This document shows positions 47,653 through 56,952 of a stretch of 64,000 bases of DNA, in pieces (position 1 is the stretch's first letter; the number at the start of each line of letters is the position of its first letter). Source of the stretch: Candidatus Latescibacterota bacterium. Lineage in GTDB: Bacteria; Latescibacterota; UBA2968; UBA8231. A model generated the notes under the pieces. It was not told the DNA's origin. It ran no database searches and worked only from the letters and a program-made list of their open reading frames with translations. The stretch spans positions 224,001-288,000 of the forward strand of contig CBDCXV010000011.1 of NCBI GenBank assembly GCA_965223905.1. Direction: 5' to 3'. The translations under genes were made by a program, and so were the position numbers.

Positions 47653-48138
47653 TCAGTCCCGCCAATTGAGGCGGTCTTTACGCCAGGACGCGACCTCCTG
47701 AGGGAGGGCGTCCAACTCTTCTCCCGGTTTCAGAAAAATCCCGCTGAAGTCCCGCCGTGAGTCGAAACCGGGCCACAGTTCCGGAAACTCCTCGCGCAGC
47801 ATCGTCATCACTTGGTTCAGAATTCCCTCGGCGTGGTAGGAAAGAACACGCTCCGTTTCTCCTCGGCCGGAATCTTCGAGGTGCTGGGCAAGTGGAGCAC
47901 TGAGGAAAAAATCGAAAGAGATGACGTTGGAAGGGTTGAGGTAGAGGGAAACTCTGTAAGCGGGGTAGCTGAGGCGAAGTCCGAGAAGCTCCAACTTCAG
48001 GTTCAGCCATTCTCGCTCGGTGACGGAACGTATAATCGTGAGGTCTTCCGAGCGGAGTTCGGTCGATCCCGATGTAGGCAATAGAACCCCGGCGACGGCG
48101 AGGGTGCAAACAGCAGTCAGATAACGAATTCTTGGCAT
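47653..48138 (-). CDS. Hypothetical exported protein
   Basis: Signal-like MPRIRYLTAVCTLAVAGVLL from ATG 48138; no recognised domain. Confidence 0.6.
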   Translation of the reverse strand: MPRIRYLTAVCTLAVAGVLLPTSGSTELRSEDLTIIRSVTEREWLNLKLELLGLRLSYPAYRVSLYLNPSNVISFDFFLSAPLAQHLEDSGRGETERVLSYHAEGILNQVMTMLREEFPELWPGFDSRRDFSGIFLKPGEELDALPQEVASWRKDRLNWRD

Positions 48139-48246
48139 TTTTCGGACTCCGACCTTGTGACGCGTGCAGAAAAAAACGAGGCCCAGCGACAATAGCCGAA
48201 CCTCGCGAGTTTAATCCCGGTTTTCTCTCGGACTCCTTCGGGTCCG

Positions 48247-48804
48247 CTATTCCGGGGGCGAGAGCATTTCCTCCATGAAACGGACAATGTCCCTGAATGA
48301 TATGTAACCGACCGGAATCCCGTCTTCGTCGACGAGGGGGACATGGCGAAAGCCGTGAAGCCCCATCAGATGCAGGGCATGGCTGATGGGATCGGATGGC
48401 TTGAGTGCCGACGGTCCCGGCGTCATCAGACTCTCGACCGGAATGGCGTCGAGATTGCCAATCAACCCCACCACCTTGTAGAGGACGTCCCGTTCGGTAA
48501 AAATACCGGCGAGTTCACCGCCGTTTCCGGTCACCAGCACGCAACCCCTGTTGCGGCCTTTGAGACGCGATATCGCTTCCGCTACGGATGTCTGCGGTTC
48601 TACGCATTCGGCCGGTCGCGGGTTCAACTCAAGGAGCGGACGCGTAAAGATGCTCGTTTCCGCCGCGGTCTCGACGTCCGCCATGTACTGCTCGGAAAGG
48701 CTCTGGTTGCACTCCTCGCAAACATCGGATCCGGCGATGTTGTCGTACCCGCACGCAGGACAGATGACACCCTGGCTTTCAACATTTCCGGTAAATCCCG
48801 TCAC
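48247..48804 (-). CDS. Zinc-ribbon + CBS-pair protein
   Basis: CPACG..N..GSDVCEEC ribbon; GIFTERD, VESLMT..P, FRHVPLVD. Start uncertain. Confidence 0.85.
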   Translation of the reverse strand: MTGFTGNVESQGVICPACGYDNIAGSDVCEECNQSLSEQYMADVETAAETSIFTRPLLELNPRPAECVEPQTSVAEAISRLKGRNRGCVLVTGNGGELAGIFTERDVLYKVVGLIGNLDAIPVESLMTPGPSALKPSDPISHALHLMGLHGFRHVPLVDEDGIPVGYISFRDIVRFMEEMLSPPE

Positions 48805-48991
48805 TTGAAGCGTCCCGCCTAGAAACAGATTGACAAAATCCCGCCGCCCAAGCACCGACCTTGGCAAGACGACTGAACAAGCCGAACTGGTTTCGCTGTG
48901 GGAATACACCGAGCGAACGCCAGTCGATCTGACATAGTACCCCGGCATGGGGAGGTATCGGCAGCCCCCGCGAGCCGTGGGCATTTTGCCA

Positions 48992-50014
48992 TCAGATTTC
49001 CTCCCAGGTATCTGCACTGTGAAGGAGGTTTTTCAGGTCACCCTCCCCGCTCTGCCCGATGGCGGTTTCGACTTGCATAGTCAGCAAATCCGTATACGCC
49101 GGTTTTTTTACGGCGCGAAGGATGCCGAAAGGCAACGGGAATTCCGGGTTCTCCATACGCGACAGCATGTACGCGTAGCTGGTGTTTTCGATCGCCTCCT
49201 TGTGCACGATCAAGTCCCTTTCGCTTATTCCGTTGCCCAGAGTCACCACCTCGGGATGCTGGCCGTTCATGCGCACACCCCGGTCACGGTCCTTGCCAAA
49301 GACCAAGGGCTGGCCTTCCTCGACGAAAACGATATTGTCGTCACGCACGTGGGTATCAGTCGTGTGCTGCCAAGCGGTCGGATGGTAGACGACACAGTTC
49401 TGAAAAACCTCGACGAACGCGGTTCCGTTGTGGTCCGCTGCACGCCTAAGGACCTCGCTGAGGTGCTTGGTGTTGGTATCCTGCGTGCGGGCAACAAAGG
49501 TAGCCTCGGCTCCAATCGCTACCGAGATCGGCTGCAGCGGATAGTCGATGGAACCCATCGGCGTCGATTTAGTGCGGTGACCGGTCAGCGATGTCGGGGA
49601 GTACTGCCCCTTCGTCAAACCGTAAACCCGATTGTTGAAGAGGATGATTTTCAGGCCGACGTTGCGCCGCAGGCAGTGCAACAGGTGATTTCCACCGATC
49701 GAAAGCCCGTCGCCGTCCCCGGTGATGACCCACACACTGAGGTCGGGATTGACCGCTTTGAGCCCGGTTGCGATGGTCGGCGCCCTGCCGTGAATGGAGT
49801 GTATGCCGTACGTGTTCATGTAGTACGGAAAACGACTCGAGCAGCCGATGCCGGAGACGAAGACCATCTGCTCGCGGGCAACCCCCACTTCGGGCAGTAT
49901 TTTCTGCATCTGAGCCAGGATAGCGTAGTCACCGCATCCAGGACACCAGCGAACCTCCTGGTCGGACACGAAGTCCTTCCGCGTCAGCTTGCTTTCTGCG
50001 ACTGCCTCACTCAT
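48992..50014 (-). CDS. korB: 2-oxoacid:ferredoxin oxidoreductase beta subunit
   Basis: WCPGCGD, SGIGCS, IHGRA, TPP motif GDGD...IGGNH...NN, YGLTKGQYSPT. Confidence 0.95.
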   Translation of the reverse strand: MSEAVAESKLTRKDFVSDQEVRWCPGCGDYAILAQMQKILPEVGVAREQMVFVSGIGCSSRFPYYMNTYGIHSIHGRAPTIATGLKAVNPDLSVWVITGDGDGLSIGGNHLLHCLRRNVGLKIILFNNRVYGLTKGQYSPTSLTGHRTKSTPMGSIDYPLQPISVAIGAEATFVARTQDTNTKHLSEVLRRAADHNGTAFVEVFQNCVVYHPTAWQHTTDTHVRDDNIVFVEEGQPLVFGKDRDRGVRMNGQHPEVVTLGNGISERDLIVHKEAIENTSYAYMLSRMENPEFPLPFGILRAVKKPAYTDLLTMQVETAIGQSGEGDLKNLLHSADTWEEI

Positions 50015-50036
50015 ATCGGATTCCTATGTCGATCAC

Positions 50037-51911
50037 TTACCCCAACACGTGGTTGATCTTGGCGACGATCTCGCGGATCTGGAATGGCTGTCCCTGCACC
50101 TTGTTCAACGAAATCACCCTGACCGGGTAACGTCCCTGAATCAGCAGTGCGAGCTGACCCAGGTTCAACTCCGGCACCAGAACCTGGCGAAAACGTCCGA
50201 GGACGTTTCCGAGATTGCGTGGAAACGGGTTCAGATAACGAAGGTGGGCACTGGCTACTGACTTTCCCTCAGCGGCTACTTGACCAACTGCCGTTTTGAT
50301 CGCTCCGAACGTACCTCCCCAGCCCAACACCAACAAATCCCCCTGATCAGGGCCTTCGATTTCCAGTTCGGGGATGAAATCTGCGATGCCGGCTATTTTT
50401 TGCGCCCTCTTGGCGACGATTTCTTCATGGTCGAGTGGAGCATACGACACATCCCCGGTGACATCCCGCTTGCCCAGACCGCCAATGCGGTGCTCGAGGC
50501 CGGGAGTTCCCGGCAGGACCCAGGGCCTCGCCTGAGTCTCGAGGTCTCGCATGTATGGCTGGTACCCTGCCGGGTCGGTGCGATGCTCGACGACGATCGG
50601 TTCGATCTCGTCGACATTCGGGATCTTCCAAGGCTCCGAGTTGTTGGCGAGGTAGCCATCGGACAACAGGTAGACCGGGGTCATGTAGCGTACTGCGATG
50701 CGAAAAGCTTGAAGCGAGAGGTCGAAGCACTCACCCGAGGTCGCCGCGGCGAGCACGGGAACCGGACTTTCCCCGTTGCGGCCGTACAACACGGACAGCA
50801 GATCCGCCTGTTCCGTCTTGGTGGGCAGACCTGTACTTGGTCCCCCGCGTTGGACATCGATTACCAGGAGAGGCAGTTCAAGAGCGACAGCCAGATTGAC
50901 CCCCTCGCTCTTGAGCGAAATCCCGGGACCACTGCTTGCAGTGGCGGCCAACGCCCCGCCGAAAGCCGCCCCGACCACCGATCCGATGGCTGCCATCTCG
51001 TCTTCAGCCTGAAAGGTGAGGACGTTGAAGTGCTTTAGAGGGGCGAGCCCTTCGAGTATGGGACTTGCCGGGGTGATCGGATAACTGCCGTAGAAGAGCG
51101 GTTTGTTCGCCTTCTTGGCCGCCGTCACCAACCCTAGAACCAGGGCTTCGTTGCCGGTGATGCGGCGGTACGTGCCCGGTTCTACGTGCGTGCGGCCCGG
51201 GACGCGAACCCGGGACTGAAACGTCTCGGTCGTCTCGCCGAAGTGATAGCCTGCCTTGAGGGCGCGCGTGTTTGCTTCCACCACCCGCGGATTCTTGCCG
51301 AACTTCTTCTGGTAAAAATCCAGGGTCGTTTCGAGCGGCCTGTCGAACATCCAGAAAGCCAGTCCGAGCGCAAAAGCGTTTTTGCACAAGTCCTTTTGCT
51401 GGTTCGACATGCCGTCGATGCCCTCCAGGGCCCTGCGGGTCATCGACGTCAGAGCAACCTCGTGCAGTTCGTAGCCGTTCAGGGAATCTCCATTGAGTGG
51501 CGACTCTGCGTAGCCGGCTTTTCGCAGGTTGTTTTTCGTGAAAGCGTCGCTGTTGGCGATGATGACCCCACCCGGCTCCAAATCCTCGAGGTTGGCCCTG
51601 AGTGCTGCCGGATTCATGGCGACGAGAACCTGCGGTTGATCCCCGGCTGTGTAGAGATCGGAGGAGCCGAAGTGGACCTGGAAGCCGCTCAGACCGGGAA
51701 TCGTCCCGGCAGGAGCGCGGATCTCGGCGGGGATGTCCGGAAAAGTACTGACGTCGTTGCCGAAGACCGCAGAGGTGTTGGTGAACTGCTCCCCTGTCAA
51801 CTGCATCCCGTCGCCGGAATCACCGGAGAAGCGGATGACGACGGAATCGCGGGTTTCGGCCCCTTCATTTTTCCCGGAGGAATATCGCTTCGAAGGCGCC
51901 GAGTCGACCAT
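50037..51911 (-). CDS. korA: 2-oxoacid:acceptor oxidoreductase alpha subunit (gamma-alpha fusion)
   Basis: GDSGDGMQLTG, PAEIRAP, GNEA, YPITPAS, QAEDE, SGPG, QRGGPSTGLPTKTEQ, ELNLGQL. Confidence 0.95.
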   Translation of the reverse strand: MVDSAPSKRYSSGKNEGAETRDSVVIRFSGDSGDGMQLTGEQFTNTSAVFGNDVSTFPDIPAEIRAPAGTIPGLSGFQVHFGSSDLYTAGDQPQVLVAMNPAALRANLEDLEPGGVIIANSDAFTKNNLRKAGYAESPLNGDSLNGYELHEVALTSMTRRALEGIDGMSNQQKDLCKNAFALGLAFWMFDRPLETTLDFYQKKFGKNPRVVEANTRALKAGYHFGETTETFQSRVRVPGRTHVEPGTYRRITGNEALVLGLVTAAKKANKPLFYGSYPITPASPILEGLAPLKHFNVLTFQAEDEMAAIGSVVGAAFGGALAATASSGPGISLKSEGVNLAVALELPLLVIDVQRGGPSTGLPTKTEQADLLSVLYGRNGESPVPVLAAATSGECFDLSLQAFRIAVRYMTPVYLLSDGYLANNSEPWKIPNVDEIEPIVVEHRTDPAGYQPYMRDLETQARPWVLPGTPGLEHRIGGLGKRDVTGDVSYAPLDHEEIVAKRAQKIAGIADFIPELEIEGPDQGDLLVLGWGGTFGAIKTAVGQVAAEGKSVASAHLRYLNPFPRNLGNVLGRFRQVLVPELNLGQLALLIQGRYPVRVISLNKVQGQPFQIREIVAKINHVLG

Positions 51912-52005
51912 GGGGGGGAGCTACTCCTGCTGAGTGGAGGAGAACGAAATGAGAGGGTGAGGCTGATCCGATGCCTGTCCCCGGGTGTCCGTACCGGCCA
52001 TCATC

Positions 52006-52476
52006 TCATGCCCCTTCCCGGGTTGTCGGAATCATCTCGGGATCCGGGGGCAGGTTGTAGATCTCTCGAGGGAAATGATCGGTCAGGAACGTGATCATCG
52101 CCTGTTGAGACAAATTACCGATCACCGCCCCGGATTCGTCGCGCACCGGGACGTTGCGGTAATCACCTGCATTCATCAGGTGCAGGGCGTGACCGACCGA
52201 TGTATCCGACGTAACTGACTGCGGATCGGCCGTCATCAGGTCATCGACTACGTTGTCGAGGGCGGATGGGTTGTCCGCTACCTTCAGCAAGACGTCTCGC
52301 TCGGTAAATATTCCGATGAGACCGTCTCCCTCGTCCTGGACAAGGATGGCACTGACTCGGCTTTGGCGCATCCGTACCAGCGCTTCCCGCACCTTGGCGC
52401 CGGTCTTGACGGTGGCGAAAGAGGTAAGATCGAGGTGGGCTACTCGCTGTTGCTGAAGATCGATTTCGACGGGCAT
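52006..52476 (-). CDS. CBS-pair protein
   Basis: LIGIFTERD, VDDLMTADP, YRNVPV; first gene of the kor operon. Confidence 0.9.
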   Translation of the reverse strand: MPVEIDLQQQRVAHLDLTSFATVKTGAKVREALVRMRQSRVSAILVQDEGDGLIGIFTERDVLLKVADNPSALDNVVDDLMTADPQSVTSDTSVGHALHLMNAGDYRNVPVRDESGAVIGNLSQQAMITFLTDHFPREIYNLPPDPEMIPTTREGA

Positions 52477-52525
52477 GGAGGTTTGCGAAAACCGTGTAAT
52501 ACCTCGAAAACTATATGGTTACACC

Positions 52526-52553
52526 AATATACAATGGTGCAGTACGGCGTCAA
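52526..52553 (-). promoter_or_regulatory. Putative sigma70 promoter for CBS-korA-korB
   Basis: TTGACG-16 nt-TATATT on the minus strand in an AT-rich gap. Confidence 0.5.
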
Positions 52554-52587
52554 GCGATCTGCATCCCGGCGTTATCCGGGAACGACT

Positions 52588-54915
52588 TTACACTGCACCT
52601 TCAGCCTTACTGTGAACCCCTTCGGCGACTACCAGGCCGCCGTCGGGGCCGCTGCCCGGACCAACAACTATGATCCAGTCTGCGCTTTGCAGCAGTTTAG
52701 GATGGCGATCGGCGACAATGACGGTGGCCTTTTTCGAAACAATCGCCGAGAGCAGATCTACCAGGATGGAGGCATCGTCCGGATGGGCTCCCGCGAGCGG
52801 AGCATCCAGAAGCAGCAGGTCCTTCTCCGATGCCCGCGAAAGGGCGACTTCGAGTTGAAGCCGGAGCCTTTCCGCCATCTCCAGCCTGCCGGTGGGCTGA
52901 CCCAAACGGTATTCCCCCATGCCGAATCGGGAGAGCGTTTCGAGTCGAAAGGCGATCCTGGATTCCCGGCTGAAATGCTGTCTTGCCTCATGCACGGTCA
53001 TGTCGAGGATATCGCTCGGCGAGCGGCCGCGGTGCGTGACCTCCAGAGCTTCTGCGGAGTACCTGCCTCCTTCACAGCCGGGGCAGGGAGCGGCCACATC
53101 GTCGAGAAAATCGATGGCGAAGCGGAGCTGGCCGTTGCCTTCGCATACCCGGCAGCGTCCACCCGGCCGGTCCAGGTGAAACCACTCCGGTTTCAGGCCG
53201 AGGGCTTCGGCAGTCGGCTGCCTGGAAAACAGGGCGGCAATCGGCCCCAGCAGTCCCAGTGTTTGAACGACTGGTACGTCCCCATGGCGCCGCAGATCCC
53301 GCAGGTCGGTCAGGCGACGGAGGTTCCCGGTCGACAGGGAGATCAAGCCGCGGCCAGCGCCCTCCCGACGCGCCCCCGAGCCTCCTCTCGCACCGGGAGG
53401 CCGCAGAGCTGGGGCAATTGCGTCTCGCAGCAGGCTGGTTGCCCCCGCTCCCGAGCTCCCGGTAACAACGACGAGCTTCCCCGTGGGGATCAAAATGTCG
53501 ATGGTACGCAGGTTGTTGCGCTTTCCATCTCCGGCGCCGCAGATGCGGATCGAGGCCGCTGAATCCCCAGCTCCGGAGCATTCGACCGGGCGGACGGTTT
53601 TCTCCCTCGCAGGTTCATCCATCGTCCGATCGGGCGCTAGTAAAGCCTCCCCGCTGCGGAAAGCGAAAACCTGGTCGCTGGCGGCGACCACCGGGGGAGC
53701 GTTGTCCATCACCACAACGGTGTTGCCGGCAGAAACCAGCTCACCGAGGGTCTGCATTGCCAGACACAGGTTTGCCTCGTCGAGACCGGAGCAGGGTTCC
53801 ACGATGTAGAGGATCCCGGTAAGGGACCTGCTGGCAGTCAGGGCAAGGACCAGCCGCAGCCACTCTCCCGAGGCCAGACCGGCAGTCGACCGCTGCAGCG
53901 GAACGTGATCCAGTCCCAGACCTGCAAGCTGGGAGAGCGTTCCTGCTGCCTCTTCAAGCACCCCTCGAGCGAGCGCGTCCCCTTTCACGGAGGTCGATTC
54001 GCCCACATACTCGAGCCAGCAGGCCGCCTGATCGATCCCCATCCCCAGGACATCTTCCGGCGCACTTCCCGCAAGCGATGATAGTACACGGCCGCTGTCG
54101 GAAACAGCATTGCCAGGCTCCGGCTGCTCTTCACCCGAGACGTCTGGAAACTCCCTGCAGCAAGACGTACAGGTGAGCTGCTGATTCAGGGATATGGTTT
54201 TTTTCTCGGCAACCAGCAAGGAGCGCCCGCCGGACATGGCACGGGCGGTGCGCAAGGCTTCGCCGATGCGATCGAGGGTATCCTCCCCGATTTCGACGCG
54301 GTCGACGACCACCTGCAAGGTATCCCCCAGCGGTGCCAGGGCGTCCGGAGCGACCTCCTCACTTCGTGCGACCTCGCCAGCGACCAGTATGCGGGCGAAC
54401 CCGGCTCGCCTGACTTCCTCGAGCACTGCCGCAGGCTCGACCTCTGCTTCCAATGCTACCGGGGCTACTACCAGCGCGCGGGTCCCCGCGAAGTATTCGA
54501 CCGCATGCCGTGCCGCCTCTGCCACAGAATACCCCGCGCAGCTGCCACCGCAGGCGGGACACGCCCACTCCCCATGTCGCTCGAACAGCAGGTCGACCAC
54601 CTCCGTAAACCGGATGAATTCCGCAATCCTTCGACGAGGAGGGGTTCCGGGAAGCAGAACCGCGGGTGGAAGTCCCAGGATCTCGTCCACTTCCGCTTTC
54701 TGCAGACCGTCGTGGTATTCGCGCTCGAAAGTGGATAGTGCCTGCAGGTAGCGCCGCCTCCCCTCGCGATACAGAACGTCGACCGCAAGCGTCCGGGCAC
54801 CGCATCCCGCCGGGCCCGTGAAGCAGATGAGCTGGCCGAGCGGAATCTCGAGATTCACTCCTTGCAGACATCCTTCGCGTGCACCGCGGATAGCGATCAC
54901 GCCCCTTTCACTCAC
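52588..54915 (-). CDS. UvrA-family protein with degenerate ATPase motifs
   Basis: IAIRGARE..LQGVNLEIP, LYREGRRRYLQALS, VVVDRV, GRCRVCEG.G...CPGCEG.RY, ADWII.VGPGSGPDGG.VVAEG; AAGGAGG RBS before GTG 54915. Confidence 0.85.
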   Translation of the reverse strand: MSERGVIAIRGAREGCLQGVNLEIPLGQLICFTGPAGCGARTLAVDVLYREGRRRYLQALSTFEREYHDGLQKAEVDEILGLPPAVLLPGTPPRRRIAEFIRFTEVVDLLFERHGEWACPACGGSCAGYSVAEAARHAVEYFAGTRALVVAPVALEAEVEPAAVLEEVRRAGFARILVAGEVARSEEVAPDALAPLGDTLQVVVDRVEIGEDTLDRIGEALRTARAMSGGRSLLVAEKKTISLNQQLTCTSCCREFPDVSGEEQPEPGNAVSDSGRVLSSLAGSAPEDVLGMGIDQAACWLEYVGESTSVKGDALARGVLEEAAGTLSQLAGLGLDHVPLQRSTAGLASGEWLRLVLALTASRSLTGILYIVEPCSGLDEANLCLAMQTLGELVSAGNTVVVMDNAPPVVAASDQVFAFRSGEALLAPDRTMDEPAREKTVRPVECSGAGDSAASIRICGAGDGKRNNLRTIDILIPTGKLVVVTGSSGAGATSLLRDAIAPALRPPGARGGSGARREGAGRGLISLSTGNLRRLTDLRDLRRHGDVPVVQTLGLLGPIAALFSRQPTAEALGLKPEWFHLDRPGGRCRVCEGNGQLRFAIDFLDDVAAPCPGCEGGRYSAEALEVTHRGRSPSDILDMTVHEARQHFSRESRIAFRLETLSRFGMGEYRLGQPTGRLEMAERLRLQLEVALSRASEKDLLLLDAPLAGAHPDDASILVDLLSAIVSKKATVIVADRHPKLLQSADWIIVVGPGSGPDGGLVVAEGVHSKAEGAV

Positions 54916-54994
54916 CTGCCCCTCCTTGGATCGCGAGCAGCCGGGGGGATGCATCTGACCCCGAACCGCCTTGTGCCACTGGGTTTGCTTCGTC

Positions 54995-55023
54995 TTGACG
55001 CCCCTTTCCAGCTGCCGTATGAT
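54995..55023 (+). promoter_or_regulatory. Near-consensus sigma70 promoter for the sigma factor gene
   Basis: TTGACG-17 nt-TATGAT. Confidence 0.65.
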
Positions 55024-55115
55024 TCGGCTGTACTGACCTCGCAGCAGGCAACAGTTCGTTGCCGGCCGGCCTGATGCCGACTCCACTCCCCTTACTGCAA
55101 CTGGAGATCGAGTTC

Positions 55116-56102
55116 ATGCTGGATTCCATGCACGACGGCGAAAACGCCATTCGCCTTTACTTCAGCGACATAACCGACTCCAAGCCGCTCTCGCGCGAAC
55201 GCGAGGTCGAGCTATCGGCGCGCATAAACAAGGGTGACATGGAAGCCCGCAACGAGCTCGTACAGGCGAACCTGCGCTTTGTCATCGACGTGGCCAAGAA
55301 CTACCAGAACCGCGGCCTGTCGCTGCCGGACCTGATCAGCGCAGGCAACCTCGGCTTGTTGACCGCGGCGGAGCGCTTCGACGGCACGCGAGGTTTCAAG
55401 TTCATCTCGTACGCGGTCTGGTGGATCCGCCAATCCATTCTGCAGGCAGTGGCCGACCAGGCTCGAACCGTTCGCCTACCGCTGAACAAGCTTTCTCAGC
55501 TGAGGGAGATTTCCGAAGCGGCCCGCAAGCTCGGGCAAGGACGCGAGAACGAGCCGAACGTAGATGACATAGCCGAAGAACTCGAGATACCTGCGCAGGA
55601 TGTCGTAAACACGCTGTTGAGCGGACGAAGCGTTCGCTCGCTCGATGAAACCTTCGAAAAGGACGACGACCGAAACCTGCTCGATACCCTGACCGATGCC
55701 GCTCAGAGCATGCCGGACAGCGGCCTTGTCGGGGAATCTGCACGCGCCCAGATCGATGAGATCCTGCAGCACCTCGACGGGCGGGAAGGATATGTCATCT
55801 TACGCTACTTCGGCCTAGACGGCGACGAGCCGCTGACCCTCGACCAGATAGGGGACCAGCTGGGTGTTACCCGCGAGCGCATCCGGCAGATCAAAGAAAG
55901 GGCACTGAGCCGCCTGCGTCACCCGTCCTGCTACCCCCCTTTCTTCGGGGGGATCTCGCTGCCCGGGCTGCCCGAACTCGAAGAACCTGAACTACCCGGC
56001 TATCCGCCCCTGGAAGAGGGGCCGTCACTCGACCACTTTGCCGCGGAACCCCCGGAAACAGGTGCCCCGCTCGATACGGACTTACCGGAGAACGATTTAT
56101 AG
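55116..56102 (+). CDS. RpoD/SigA-family sigma-70 factor (no region 1.1; Pro/Glu-rich tail)
   Basis: LVQANLRFV, DLISAGNLGL..AAERFD, FKFISYAVWWIRQSI, RTVRLP, TRERIRQIKERAL; GGAG RBS before ATG 55116. Confidence 0.93.
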   Translation: MLDSMHDGENAIRLYFSDITDSKPLSREREVELSARINKGDMEARNELVQANLRFVIDVAKNYQNRGLSLPDLISAGNLGLLTAAERFDGTRGFKFISYAVWWIRQSILQAVADQARTVRLPLNKLSQLREISEAARKLGQGRENEPNVDDIAEELEIPAQDVVNTLLSGRSVRSLDETFEKDDDRNLLDTLTDAAQSMPDSGLVGESARAQIDEILQHLDGREGYVILRYFGLDGDEPLTLDQIGDQLGVTRERIRQIKERALSRLRHPSCYPPFFGGISLPGLPELEEPELPGYPPLEEGPSLDHFAAEPPETGAPLDTDLPENDL

Positions 56103-56115
56103 TTCTAGCTTCTCG

Positions 56116-56931
56116 TTGCGTGCCGTTCTGCAACTCCTCGTCGCGGTTCTGCCGCTCGAGGCCGTTGCGGGGGAAACTCCAGTCGCTCCCTTCCCCCACG
56201 ATATTCTCGACCGCGTCCTGAACAAGCACGTAGCAAACACAGGTGCGGTGGACTATCGCGCCCTGAGTTCCCAGCCTGGCGACCTCGAAACCTACGTCGA
56301 CAGCCTTGCCCTGGTAAGCCCCCAATCCCACGACAGTCGATTCTCCCGACCAGGCGACAGACTCGCCTACTGGATCAATGCCTACAACGCTCTGGTCCTG
56401 AAGGGGGTGGTTGCCGCATATCCCGTTGCCAGCGTTATGGCGGTCGGAACCGAGGGCTGGTTCTTCCGGGATCAGAAGTTCGTCCTAGGTGGAGTGGAAA
56501 TGACCCTCGATCACCTGGAGAACCGGATCATCCGTCCGGAATTCAGAGATGCGCGTATTCACTTCGCCATCAACTGCGCCGCAGCGAGCTGTCCGCCGCT
56601 CGAGAATCGGGTCTTCGACGGCCCCACTCTCGAGCAGCGCCTCGATGGGGTGACAAGACGGTTTGCCCGCACTGCGTCCCACGTGCGCATAGACGGTGGT
56701 GGAAAGACCATCTACCTATCGAAACTCCTCGAGTGGTTCGCCACGGATTTCGAAGCGGGGTTTTCACCGCGGAATCCGGATGAACCCCGGACGCTGAGCC
56801 CGCAGCTCCGCTTCCTCCTCCCCTATCTGCAGGAGAGCGACGCGGAATACCTGCAGGCGAATCCCGACGTCGCCGTCACCTTCGTCGAATACGACTGGGC
56901 TCTGAACGACAGGGAACATTCCGAGCCCTGA
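56116..56931 (+). CDS. DUF547 domain exported protein
   Basis: VDY..L, LAYWINAYNA, TLDHLEN.IIR, DARIHFAINCAA.SCP, YDWALND. Confidence 0.88.
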   Translation: MRAVLQLLVAVLPLEAVAGETPVAPFPHDILDRVLNKHVANTGAVDYRALSSQPGDLETYVDSLALVSPQSHDSRFSRPGDRLAYWINAYNALVLKGVVAAYPVASVMAVGTEGWFFRDQKFVLGGVEMTLDHLENRIIRPEFRDARIHFAINCAAASCPPLENRVFDGPTLEQRLDGVTRRFARTASHVRIDGGGKTIYLSKLLEWFATDFEAGFSPRNPDEPRTLSPQLRFLLPYLQESDAEYLQANPDVAVTFVEYDWALNDREHSEP

Positions 56932-56952
56932 ACCGGACCGGACCAGAAGCTA

